From assembly GCA_964508365.1 (NCBI GenBank), contig CAZDTP010000014.1:1-64000 (forward strand): a stretch of DNA of 64,000 nt, written 5' to 3'. The DNA is from an uncultured archaeon (GTDB taxonomy: Archaea > Asgardarchaeota > Lokiarchaeia > Sigyniarchaeales > SOKP01). The position numbers and the translations under genes are program-made. The notes beneath the pieces are model-generated. The model was not told the DNA's origin, made no database searches, and saw nothing but the letters and a program-made list of their open reading frames with translations. Of the stretch, positions 55,553-64,000 are shown in pieces; positions within the stretch are counted from its first letter, which is position 1; each line of letters starts with the position of its first letter.

Positions 55553-57640
55553 ATGCCTAAAACTTTAGAAGAATTTGCCCAAGAGAACAATAGCACACTT
55601 ATTAGAAAAAGAGATTTAAAACAGTCTCCAAATTTAAAAAAAACTTTTGTTTCTCTTAATAATCATTTATATGGAAAATTAAAATATGCTGATACAGACA
55701 CTCGAGCACGTTCAAAAGAAATAATCAATCTTTTATTGTGTAAATTAGTTGATGAAATAAATAAGTCCCCAGAAGATGAAATGGACATTTATATAAGAGA
55801 AGAAGAAACAGAACAAGAGCTACTTGAGCGGATTCAAACTTTTTTTCAACTAAATGTAAAGAAGAAATATCCTGATATAATGGGAGAAAACGAGCAAATC
55901 ACTTTGAATAAAGATTTATTATTCATAATCATTAAAGAACTGGAACATATTTCACTTCTTGAATCGTCTAAAGATATTTTAAGCGATGCATTTGAAATTT
56001 TTGTAAGTAAAATGTTAAAGGATGAAGGTGGGCAGTTCTTTACTCCTCCAAATATCGTAAAATTTATGGTAAATTATTTAGATCCCGATGAAGATTCAAA
56101 AGTGTTAGATCCTGCATGTGGACATGGTGGATTTCTTCTTGAAACAAAGGAGTTGCTATGGACCAAGATAGATAATGAGCAGAAAAAAGTAAAAATAATT
56201 TCTAACTTACATGGTATAGATAAAGATTTATTCTTAGCAAGAATTTGTAAATTATACTTAGAAATCTTAAGTAATGGCAAATCTAACGTATTCTGTGAAG
56301 ATTCGCTAGATATCAATAGTTATCGGGATAAAGCTAAAAAAATAATAAAAAACAATTATTTTGATTCTATACTAACTAATCCCCCATTTGGGGCAAAAAT
56401 CCCGATAAACAATAAAAAAATACTAAATGAATATGAATTCGGGCATTTATGGAAGAATATTGATGGAAATTGGCAAAAACAGGAGAAGATTCTAAAACAA
56501 CAACCTCCACAAATCCTATTTATTGAAAGATGTGTCCAGCTTCTTAAGGATGGTGGAAAATTAGGAATTGTTTTACCCGAAGGTATTTTTGGAAATCCCT
56601 CAGATAGCTATATATGGGATTTTCTTAAATCCAATGGTAAAATTTTAGGAATTATTTCATTAGACCAAAATACTTTTCAACCTTACACTTGTAATAAAAC
56701 AAGTATTCTTTTCTTTCAAAAATTAAAAAATAATCCCAAGAATTATAAAATTGATTTTGGAATTATTGACAATGTTGGCCACGACAAAGATGGAAAAACT
56801 CAATATATTTTGAATAAAGATGGAACTAAGAAATTAGATCAGGATAATAATCCTATTATAAATGATGATCTAATCGATCTTCATATGAAATTAAAGAATA
56901 TAGAAGATTTTGACTACCAAAAGGAACAAAAACTCTTTAAAATCAATTTTAGCCAGATTAAAAATAATATCTTTATTCCCTCTTATTATATTGGTGTAGA
57001 AAAACCTCTAAAGGCTCTTGAAAATAATATTGATTTTCAGTTAATTTCTATCGGCGATCTAGTTAATAAAAAAATAATATACACAAAAAATAAAGGATAC
57101 TTACCAAGAGGAGACGAAATTGGTTCACATGTTTATGGTTTAGGCGATATTCCGTTTATCCGTACTAGCGAAATTAATAATTGGGAAGTCGATCTAAATT
57201 CACATAAAAAAACTTCTTACGAGGTATACAACCAATTTAAAGATAAACAGAATATTGAAATTGGAGACGTTCTGTTAGTAAAGGATGGCGGTCCAAATCT
57301 AATTGGAAATACTGCATTTATTTCTGAGTTAGATACAAGAATTATTATCCAGAGCCACATATTTCAGATAAAAATTCTTAAAAATAACGAGAATATTGAT
57401 TCGTACCTATTATTATACCTTCTAAATCTTGACATTGTTCAAAAGCAAATAAAAGCAATAACATTCGTTCAAGGCACTATTGCTACAATTGGTAATAGAA
57501 TAATGGATGTTACTTTACCAATTCCATCTGAGATCAATAAAAGAAAGGAAATTTCAAACGATATTAAAGAAATTATTGATAATAAAACAGAAATAAGAAA
57601 GAAAATAAATAAACTCTCTATTAACTATTTTAGTGATTAA
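55553..57640 (+). CDS. N6-adenine DNA methyltransferase fused to one target-recognition (HsdS-like) domain
   Basis: GQFFTP, DPACGHGGFL (motif I), NPPFG (motif IV); C-terminal IPFIRTS..GDVLLVKDG TRD. No nuclease domain seen. Confidence 0.87.
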   Translation: MPKTLEEFAQENNSTLIRKRDLKQSPNLKKTFVSLNNHLYGKLKYADTDTRARSKEIINLLLCKLVDEINKSPEDEMDIYIREEETEQELLERIQTFFQLNVKKKYPDIMGENEQITLNKDLLFIIIKELEHISLLESSKDILSDAFEIFVSKMLKDEGGQFFTPPNIVKFMVNYLDPDEDSKVLDPACGHGGFLLETKELLWTKIDNEQKKVKIISNLHGIDKDLFLARICKLYLEILSNGKSNVFCEDSLDINSYRDKAKKIIKNNYFDSILTNPPFGAKIPINNKKILNEYEFGHLWKNIDGNWQKQEKILKQQPPQILFIERCVQLLKDGGKLGIVLPEGIFGNPSDSYIWDFLKSNGKILGIISLDQNTFQPYTCNKTSILFFQKLKNNPKNYKIDFGIIDNVGHDKDGKTQYILNKDGTKKLDQDNNPIINDDLIDLHMKLKNIEDFDYQKEQKLFKINFSQIKNNIFIPSYYIGVEKPLKALENNIDFQLISIGDLVNKKIIYTKNKGYLPRGDEIGSHVYGLGDIPFIRTSEINNWEVDLNSHKKTSYEVYNQFKDKQNIEIGDVLLVKDGGPNLIGNTAFISELDTRIIIQSHIFQIKILKNNENIDSYLLLYLLNLDIVQKQIKAITFVQGTIATIGNRIMDVTLPIPSEINKRKEISNDIKEIIDNKTEIRKKINKLSINYFSD

Positions 57641-58085
57641 AATGAAGATAGAACTTTTTACCATGCGATACTACCACGAAATTATTGATCTTTGGAAAAG
57701 ATCAGGATTAGAATTAAGCTCATCAGACACACGAGATGAGATAGCAAGGATGCTAAAACGAAACCCTGATTTATTTTTAATTGGTAAGGAAAACGAAAAA
57801 GTTATAGCAGTAGTAATAGGGGCTTTTGATGGAAGAAGGGGTTATGTGCACCATCTTGCGATAGATCCAGATTATCAAAAAAAGAAGTATGGCAAAATAA
57901 TGATGGACGAATTAATTAAGAAGTTTCACATAAAAAAAATTCACAAAGTTCACTTATTTATCGAGAAATATAATAAAGAAGTAGTAGATTTTTATAGGAA
58001 ATTAGGATGGGAAGTCAGAGATGATTTAATTATGATGAGCTTTGTCCCAGATAAAAGTTTATATAGAAGAGACATTGAAAATTAA
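57633..58085 (+). CDS. GNAT acetyltransferase (YpeA-like)
   Basis: GAFDGRRGYVHHLAIDPDYQKKKYG, FYRKLGW. Confidence 0.88.
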   Translation: MIKMKIELFTMRYYHEIIDLWKRSGLELSSSDTRDEIARMLKRNPDLFLIGKENEKVIAVVIGAFDGRRGYVHHLAIDPDYQKKKYGKIMMDELIKKFHIKKIHKVHLFIEKYNKEVVDFYRKLGWEVRDDLIMMSFVPDKSLYRRDIEN

Positions 58086-58155
58086 AAATCTATTTTTAAC
58101 CATCATCATACTTTTTTTTTGTTAATATTAAATAATAAAAAAAAAAGGTTAATTT

Positions 58156-59187
58156 TCAGACAGAAATTTCTCTTTTCTTCAGACTCAATATACCAAATAC
58201 TAAAAGTAAAGCAGCAATTAAAATCCAAAGTAATAATGAAACCACTGGCAAATAATAATTAGTTTTTTCTAAACCTCCAAGATTTATGTTCTGATCTGGA
58301 TCTGTCGTTGTTACAATACTATATACTCCTGTTATCGTTGCAAACCATGTTTGCCAACTTGCAGAAGGTGGAACGGCATTCAATGTTTCAACAAAGAAAA
58401 TAAATACATTTCCTAAATGGTAACCTAGATCAAAATGGTACAATTGAAATGTCCCATAGAATGGACCAGTTAATGTTCTAATTAGTAGAAATGCGATATA
58501 AGAAAGTAAAACAATTAAAATTATTAACATCGATGCTGATCTTGCTTTTTTGAATATTGAAGAAAATGCCATCGTAATACTAGTAAATAAAAACAATATA
58601 AATAAGCTATAGAGATAAAGAGCAGTTAAAAATGGTATTAGACTGAAAAAATGATCAATATTACCAGATTTTACTAATACTCCGATCCATCCTATCACAA
58701 AAATAGAAAAAAAACTTAAAAGCATTCCCCAGAGATATACTGCTATATATTTACCAATAAATATTTTTATTCGGCTGATAGGTTTACTTACTAGTAACAA
58801 CATTGTTCCTGATTTCACTTCTTCAGCAATAAGAGGTGCTCCAGAAGTTCCAATAATTATGGTGTAAACCAAACCTAAGGTCCAAAAAAATGCAGGGAAG
58901 ATTAATGCAAAACCGATTATCGTAGCAGCATGATTAGGAGATATCAGACCAAAATCTACCGATGTTGGTAATAAAACAACAATTAAAGGAAATATTACTA
59001 CTAGAATCAAAGTTATAATGGTCTTTTTAAAAGAAAAAATATCTTGAAAGGTCTTCTTTATTATTATTGCTGTTCTCTTGAAAATGTTCCTAGAAAGCCA
59101 ACCCTTCACAGGTTGTATCACCTTTGAATTCAAGTTCTTAGAATTAGACTTTATCTTTCCTTCTGTGTTTACTATTTTGCTTTTCAT
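58156..59187 (-). CDS. ABC-2 type permease
   Basis: IAEEVKSGTMLLLVSKPISRIKIFIGKY; about 6 TM. Confidence 0.88.
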   Translation of the reverse strand: MKSKIVNTEGKIKSNSKNLNSKVIQPVKGWLSRNIFKRTAIIIKKTFQDIFSFKKTIITLILVVIFPLIVVLLPTSVDFGLISPNHAATIIGFALIFPAFFWTLGLVYTIIIGTSGAPLIAEEVKSGTMLLLVSKPISRIKIFIGKYIAVYLWGMLLSFFSIFVIGWIGVLVKSGNIDHFFSLIPFLTALYLYSLFILFLFTSITMAFSSIFKKARSASMLIILIVLLSYIAFLLIRTLTGPFYGTFQLYHFDLGYHLGNVFIFFVETLNAVPPSASWQTWFATITGVYSIVTTTDPDQNINLGGLEKTNYYLPVVSLLLWILIAALLLVFGILSLKKREISV

Positions 59188-60149
59188 TCTTTGTTCCCCC
59201 TCTTTTTTGACATAATTTCCATAAAAATATCTTGTAATGATAATTCAGGTTGATGAAAATTATATAATTTAGCCTTATTCTCAAGTAGCATCTGAGGTAA
59301 GATATCTCTAAGCTTATCAGCATCTTTAGGAATAATATGAATTTTTCCATCTAAATCATCACTCCAAGCTTTTGAGATAAAATCCATATCTTTCAATTGA
59401 TCTACTAATTTCTCGTTCTTATCAGTATCTAAAAAATATAAATTACTTATAAAGCTCTTTTTAATATTACTGATAGAATCCGAAATTACAATCTTACCAT
59501 TATCTATCATTGTTACATCTTCACACATTTGCTCAATTTCAGATAAAATATGACTTGAAACAAATACACTTACTCTATTTGATAATTCTTTTATTTTTTG
59601 AACCACATCCGCTCTTCCTATTGGATCTAAGTTAGCTGTAGGCTCATCAAGGATTAGCACTTTAGGATCATGTATTAAAGATGCCGCAATACCGACTTTT
59701 TGTTTCATCCCTCCAGAATAGGTGTCTATCTCTCTATTTCTAGCATCAAACAGATCAAAAAAATCTAGAAGTTGTTGAGCCTTTAATCTAGCTTCTTTTT
59801 TTTGTAATCCTCCTAATTGTCCCATATATATTAAATATTCTTCTCCAGTCATATCTCCATAAAAAACAGGATCTTGGGGTAAAAAACCAATTAATTGCTT
59901 AGCTGCAACTGTACCTGCTTTTTTCTCTCTTATTTTAGCGTCCCCCTCTGTTATAGAAATAGCTCCAACCAACATATTAATAGTAGTAGTTTTTCCAGCT
60001 CCATTTGGACCTAAGAATCCATGAATTCCTGGTTTCACTCGTAGATCAATCCTTGATACAGCCTCTACTGCTTCATTTTTTTTCCCATAGATCTTTGTTA
60101 ATTCATTGCTCCAAATTTCAAGATTTGTTTTTGAATCTTTCGTGATCAT
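59184..60149 (-). CDS. ABC transporter ATP-binding protein (export type)
   Basis: GPNGAGKTT, YSGGMKQK, LILDEPT, SSH. Confidence 0.93.
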   Translation of the reverse strand: MITKDSKTNLEIWSNELTKIYGKKNEAVEAVSRIDLRVKPGIHGFLGPNGAGKTTTINMLVGAISITEGDAKIREKKAGTVAAKQLIGFLPQDPVFYGDMTGEEYLIYMGQLGGLQKKEARLKAQQLLDFFDLFDARNREIDTYSGGMKQKVGIAASLIHDPKVLILDEPTANLDPIGRADVVQKIKELSNRVSVFVSSHILSEIEQMCEDVTMIDNGKIVISDSISNIKKSFISNLYFLDTDKNEKLVDQLKDMDFISKAWSDDLDGKIHIIPKDADKLRDILPQMLLENKAKLYNFHQPELSLQDIFMEIMSKKRGNKE

Positions 60150-63100
60150 TTACTTTTTACCTCCTTCACTAATTTTTTTGTCAATTAAAATCAACTCTTT
60201 TTGTTTATTACGATGTCGTCGGTAATATATGGAAACTCCAATTAAAGCACCAAGAAGCACGAAAGTTAATATTAAATGAATTTGATTAGATGGTACTAAT
60301 ACTTTGATTGTAGTAATAGATAAAATTAAGCCGCTCTTATCGTGCATAATAACGCTAATATCTTTCCAACCTGCACTAAGAGAAACTTGTGCATTTTTAG
60401 CAGTAGTAGGCCCTTGACTAACCCCGTTTATTAATACTTCAAAGTAATCATATTGTGAATCAGTCTCCCACGCTATATTGAAATTATTAGAAACCATAGA
60501 TTCGCTATTTGTAGGATTTGATATCTGAATGCTAAATTTAGAATTTATGCAATATAATATATCATCACTAGCAATTAATAGTTCACTATTTCCATCTTCA
60601 TTTAAATCAACAATTGGATATATTGAATTAATATCCAGATTAAATCTATAAAGAATTTTCCGATTGAAAATATCCAGAATTTCTGTTGCCGGAATTGCTT
60701 CATAAGCCTCTAATCCCCATTCATCTGTTGTTTTTCTGTAATAATCATGTTCGATAAAAATCTCTTTAAGGCCGTCTCCAGTAATATCGTCAATTCTTTC
60801 AATGTTTAAGATAAATTCATAGTTATAATTAGTATAGTAAGATTGCACACAACTAGCAGGTTCTAATGTCCATTTATAATTAGTTAATTCGAGTGGTTCA
60901 TTTTCATTACTATTAAAAATATCATAGAAATTGATATAAGAATGTTTACATCCTGAGCCATAATTTATATCAGATTGTATTCCTATTATTGCTTCAGAGG
61001 TTCCATCACTATTAATATCTCCGATTGAAGTAAAAGGCATTTTAAGTTTATCTGAGGTATAAACTTCGTCGTTTATAGTAGTGTCCGCGAAATATTCTTT
61101 AAATAGAATATCAGGATTAGAATCACCAGAATTACCGCTAAATATTTTACATTCCCTTCCATACAAATATTCATATCCAGACGTTTCATATATGTAATAT
61201 ATACCGACATGATCAAGGAAATCATCGCCATTGAAATCTTCATGGGAAAATAGTAATAGATAGCCTGCACCTTCTACACCAAAGTCAATCTTTCCTACAT
61301 TACTCTCCGAATTATAGATAGCTGATTCCAAATTTTCTGTTGGGATTTTACATACTGTTGAACGGCTATTAATACCTATTATTCGAATATTGATCAAAGA
61401 AAAAGTGGACCACCCCCATTCATTTTCAATATTTCCATATTCTCCTACAATAATTCCTACTTTTCCATCTTTCGATATAATTGTTTTTCCAGGAAATTCA
61501 TAAGATTTAGGAATGGAATATTCTTCTCCTGGAAAGCTTAGGACGATTTGCCATGAATAATTAATTAATACTTTAGAGTCTGAATAACTTTCAAAATGAG
61601 ATAGTTGAGATCCCCAATAAGGATCACTTATTAATTTATGAGAACAATTAAAATTACTTCCGAATTGGAAAATTCCAGTTAATAACCAGTTATTAAGACT
61701 ATTATTTAGAGGTAAAACCCGTACATTTTGATATGGAATAAAGGTTTGATTAAGACTCCATTTAGTATAAGCCTCATTGTTTTTTAGATCAAAAAGGCGG
61801 ATTCTTGTACTCCATGTATTTGGTGTATCGTAGCTTTCAACACCAATTATAGCAATTAAATCCAAATATTGATCATCAGTTCCATTAACAACCTCAAAGT
61901 CTTGAATTTCTAAATTTAGGAGATTGCTAACATCAAATTGATCTTCGTCATATATATCAGTAGTATATTTCCATGTATAATATCTATCGTATTCATTGTT
62001 AAATAACCCCCAATAAAATGGTGCAAGACCAAAATCATTAATCGTCAAATTAAATGCACTATTACCGTTTGTTATATTTAACCGAATTTGAATATTTTTG
62101 TTCATATCTAAGAAATTCGATAATGTAGTTTTATTCTCATAATCAAATTCAATAAAGTCATCTGAGTCGTGAGTTCCACGCGTAATTACCCACATAAGAT
62201 CATCCTGAAAAGAGTTATCAAGTGAAGGATGTATATAATTACCTTTAAGATCAGGATAAGTGTGATTATTCCAAGTTGTAGTTCCTGAACTCCAGTTGCA
62301 TAAAACCCATTTGCTATTTGTTACATCAAACATTTCATAAGTAAAATTGTACCAACTAGAAGATGAAGTATTTACCATTAGACTAGTTTGCATTTTAAGA
62401 GCAGATAATCGTTCAGTTTGGGAAAGTGGACATTCCATAGCCCCCAATAAATGATCATCAAGTAAATCAACTGGAATTGTTAGATTTACTATCGCTTTCC
62501 AAGAAGTTCCAACATTTTCAGCTTTAATTGTATAATTTCCTTCATCCTCCAATAAATCAGTTAAGCTATCGGAAGAAGTACCGCTAATAAGTTGAATGCT
62601 ACTTGCTTGCGCTAACGATAAGGGATTCCATGATTCTCCCCACCGAATATTAAAATTAGTATAAATCCAGGAATCATCTATTTCATCATTAATTCTATTA
62701 TATATATGATTTCCAGAGGATTGTGTTTCAATTGGATCTAAATAAGACCCATTGTATTCATATTGGCGATAAAATTTATATGGAAAATCTATCATAGGGG
62801 AATCCCAAATTATAGTCCCGTTAGAACCATCAATAGCTAAAACTTTAGTATAATTAGTTAAGAGAGACCTATATATCATTTCTACTTCACTTGAATCAAT
62901 TGATCCATTCCCTATTAGATTTGTTATAATTTCCGAAATATCAGAAGGTATTATTGAAGGAATAATCCATGCTCCATAATCATCAATATCATCATCAGTA
63001 ATATCCCCCACATTTTTTAAGTCCCTTATCCCTTTATAATATTCTGGTAGAGGAATATTTAAGGACCAAATAATATTTCCCGTTCTTGCATCAATTGTAT

Positions 63101-64000
63101 ATAATTCAACTATAATGGTTGCTATTTCTGTAATTTCTGAAGAGCTTTCAGATGGAATCCAATCTGGATCAAAATTGCTTTTTTGAATTACGAGAAAATC
63201 GTTCAATCCATCATCGTTTAAATCATTAGTTTCACTTATCTCTATTTCAGACGCTTCTTGAGTTCTTACCCAAAGGATATCATTATTTTTACAATCGATA
63301 CATAAATAGCGACCATTTGCAGTAATGGCAAATAAATCATCCACACCATCACTATTAAGATCACCAACATTCAAGAAATAATGTCCTTTCTCACTTCCAC
63401 TATAAACCGATACACGTTCATATTGACCAGGATCTGTATACACAACCTCTGGATTTAGAGATCTATCGTCATCAATGTGATATCGATTAATTAATGCTGT
63501 GGTAGTTGAACCATAATAACTACTAGTATCATATGAATAATAATAAATATAAACATCAGAATCTACTTTAATTATTTCTGGATAAGAACTAAGGAAAAAG
63601 CTATTATAAGTCCAGTTTTGACTATGGGTGATGTTTATCTCATTTATAACGGATAAAGGATTTATATTAAATATTTTACCTTGAATTATTTTATTTTGGG
63701 TTGAAGCATAACTAGAATAATCGAGATCAGTTGCGATTGAGATGTATTCTTTAACCCCATCATTATTAATATCCGGAATTTCGTAAATTTTTATTCCAGA
63801 TTTCATAAATATTCTTTGTACTGATGAATATGGTGATGTTGGGTAAGTACCATAATATTGTTCTGTAGTACTACTTAAATTATAACAAATATGATTATCA
63901 AGAAGATTGCCATACCTTCCAGAAATTAATCGTAAATACCCATCATCAGAAGCTATTAAAATATCATTAATCTCATCATTATTAACATCTCCAACAACTT
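60150..64000 (-). CDS. Large membrane-anchored surface protein with FG-GAP-like Ca-binding repeats (5' end beyond the window)
   Basis: The frame is open from 63998 (GDVNNDEINDILIA) through the called Met. DxNxDG-type repeats include DLNSDG, DLNDDG, DFNGDD, DINSDG, DITGDG and DLNEDG; Ig-like C-terminal domain, TM helix and RRHRNK stop-transfer. Confidence 0.85.
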   Translation of the reverse strand, partial: VVGDVNNDEINDILIASDDGYLRLISGRYGNLLDNHICYNLSSTTEQYYGTYPTSPYSSVQRIFMKSGIKIYEIPDINNDGVKEYISIATDLDYSSYASTQNKIIQGKIFNINPLSVINEINITHSQNWTYNSFFLSSYPEIIKVDSDVYIYYYSYDTSSYYGSTTTALINRYHIDDDRSLNPEVVYTDPGQYERVSVYSGSEKGHYFLNVGDLNSDGVDDLFAITANGRYLCIDCKNNDILWVRTQEASEIEISETNDLNDDGLNDFLVIQKSNFDPDWIPSESSSEITEIATIIVELYTIDARTGNIIWSLNIPLPEYYKGIRDLKNVGDITDDDIDDYGAWIIPSIIPSDISEIITNLIGNGSIDSSEVEMIYRSLLTNYTKVLAIDGSNGTIIWDSPMIDFPYKFYRQYEYNGSYLDPIETQSSGNHIYNRINDEIDDSWIYTNFNIRWGESWNPLSLAQASSIQLISGTSSDSLTDLLEDEGNYTIKAENVGTSWKAIVNLTIPVDLLDDHLLGAMECPLSQTERLSALKMQTSLMVNTSSSSWYNFTYEMFDVTNSKWVLCNWSSGTTTWNNHTYPDLKGNYIHPSLDNSFQDDLMWVITRGTHDSDDFIEFDYENKTTLSNFLDMNKNIQIRLNITNGNSAFNLTINDFGLAPFYWGLFNNEYDRYYTWKYTTDIYDEDQFDVSNLLNLEIQDFEVVNGTDDQYLDLIAIIGVESYDTPNTWSTRIRLFDLKNNEAYTKWSLNQTFIPYQNVRVLPLNNSLNNWLLTGIFQFGSNFNCSHKLISDPYWGSQLSHFESYSDSKVLINYSWQIVLSFPGEEYSIPKSYEFPGKTIISKDGKVGIIVGEYGNIENEWGWSTFSLINIRIIGINSRSTVCKIPTENLESAIYNSESNVGKIDFGVEGAGYLLLFSHEDFNGDDFLDHVGIYYIYETSGYEYLYGRECKIFSGNSGDSNPDILFKEYFADTTINDEVYTSDKLKMPFTSIGDINSDGTSEAIIGIQSDINYGSGCKHSYINFYDIFNSNENEPLELTNYKWTLEPASCVQSYYTNYNYEFILNIERIDDITGDGLKEIFIEHDYYRKTTDEWGLEAYEAIPATEILDIFNRKILYRFNLDINSIYPIVDLNEDGNSELLIASDDILYCINSKFSIQISNPTNSESMVSNNFNIAWETDSQYDYFEVLINGVSQGPTTAKNAQVSLSAGWKDISVIMHDKSGLILSITTIKVLVPSNQIHLILTFVLLGALIGVSIYYRRHRNKQKELILIDKKISEGGKK

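Noticed and set aside
1283-61270. Many short ORFs in the track antisense to or overlapping long genes (e.g. 2099..2392, 8958..9212, 9118..9462, 12690..13088, 15213..15578, 32300..32839, 38206..38541, 44964..45251)
   Set aside because: They lie wholly within well-supported genes and have no motifs. Those opposite the giant membrane gene reflect its codon bias.

Overview
AT-rich (about 70% by eye) archaeal chromosomal window, most likely from an Asgard/Lokiarchaeia genome. This is inferred from gene content: a Rab-like GTPase, a longin/uDENN-like domain, PolB1 plus PolB2, CdhB/CdhC, a tetraether lipid synthase and a proteasome alpha subunit. About 45 CDS and one intron-containing tRNA-Thr(UGU) are supported; no CRISPR array, rRNA or transposase was seen. 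Most of the window is housekeeping or metabolic (acyl-CoA ligases, Sir2, PncB, NMN adenylyltransferase, TldDE, GH4, ABC exporter). Strongest candidates for undescribed biology: (1) a 2711-aa, almost wholly transmembrane protein built from ~184-aa 6-TM repeats and coupled to an ~8-TM partner; (2) a three-domain protein joining an AbrB-like segment, a FLCN/SMCR8-type longin/uDENN-like domain and one TBP repeat; (3) an ImuABC-like PolB2 cassette with an uncalled winged-helix ORF that fuses to PolB2 by a +1 shift in an A5 run; (4) two related structured leaders, each in front of a small ORF sharing a PG(Q/E)IE motif. Also noted: a probable ATT start codon, a noncanonical 30/31 tRNA intron and a HeH-SWIM-OB protein. 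All family assignments come from motifs recognised by eye; no searches were run.
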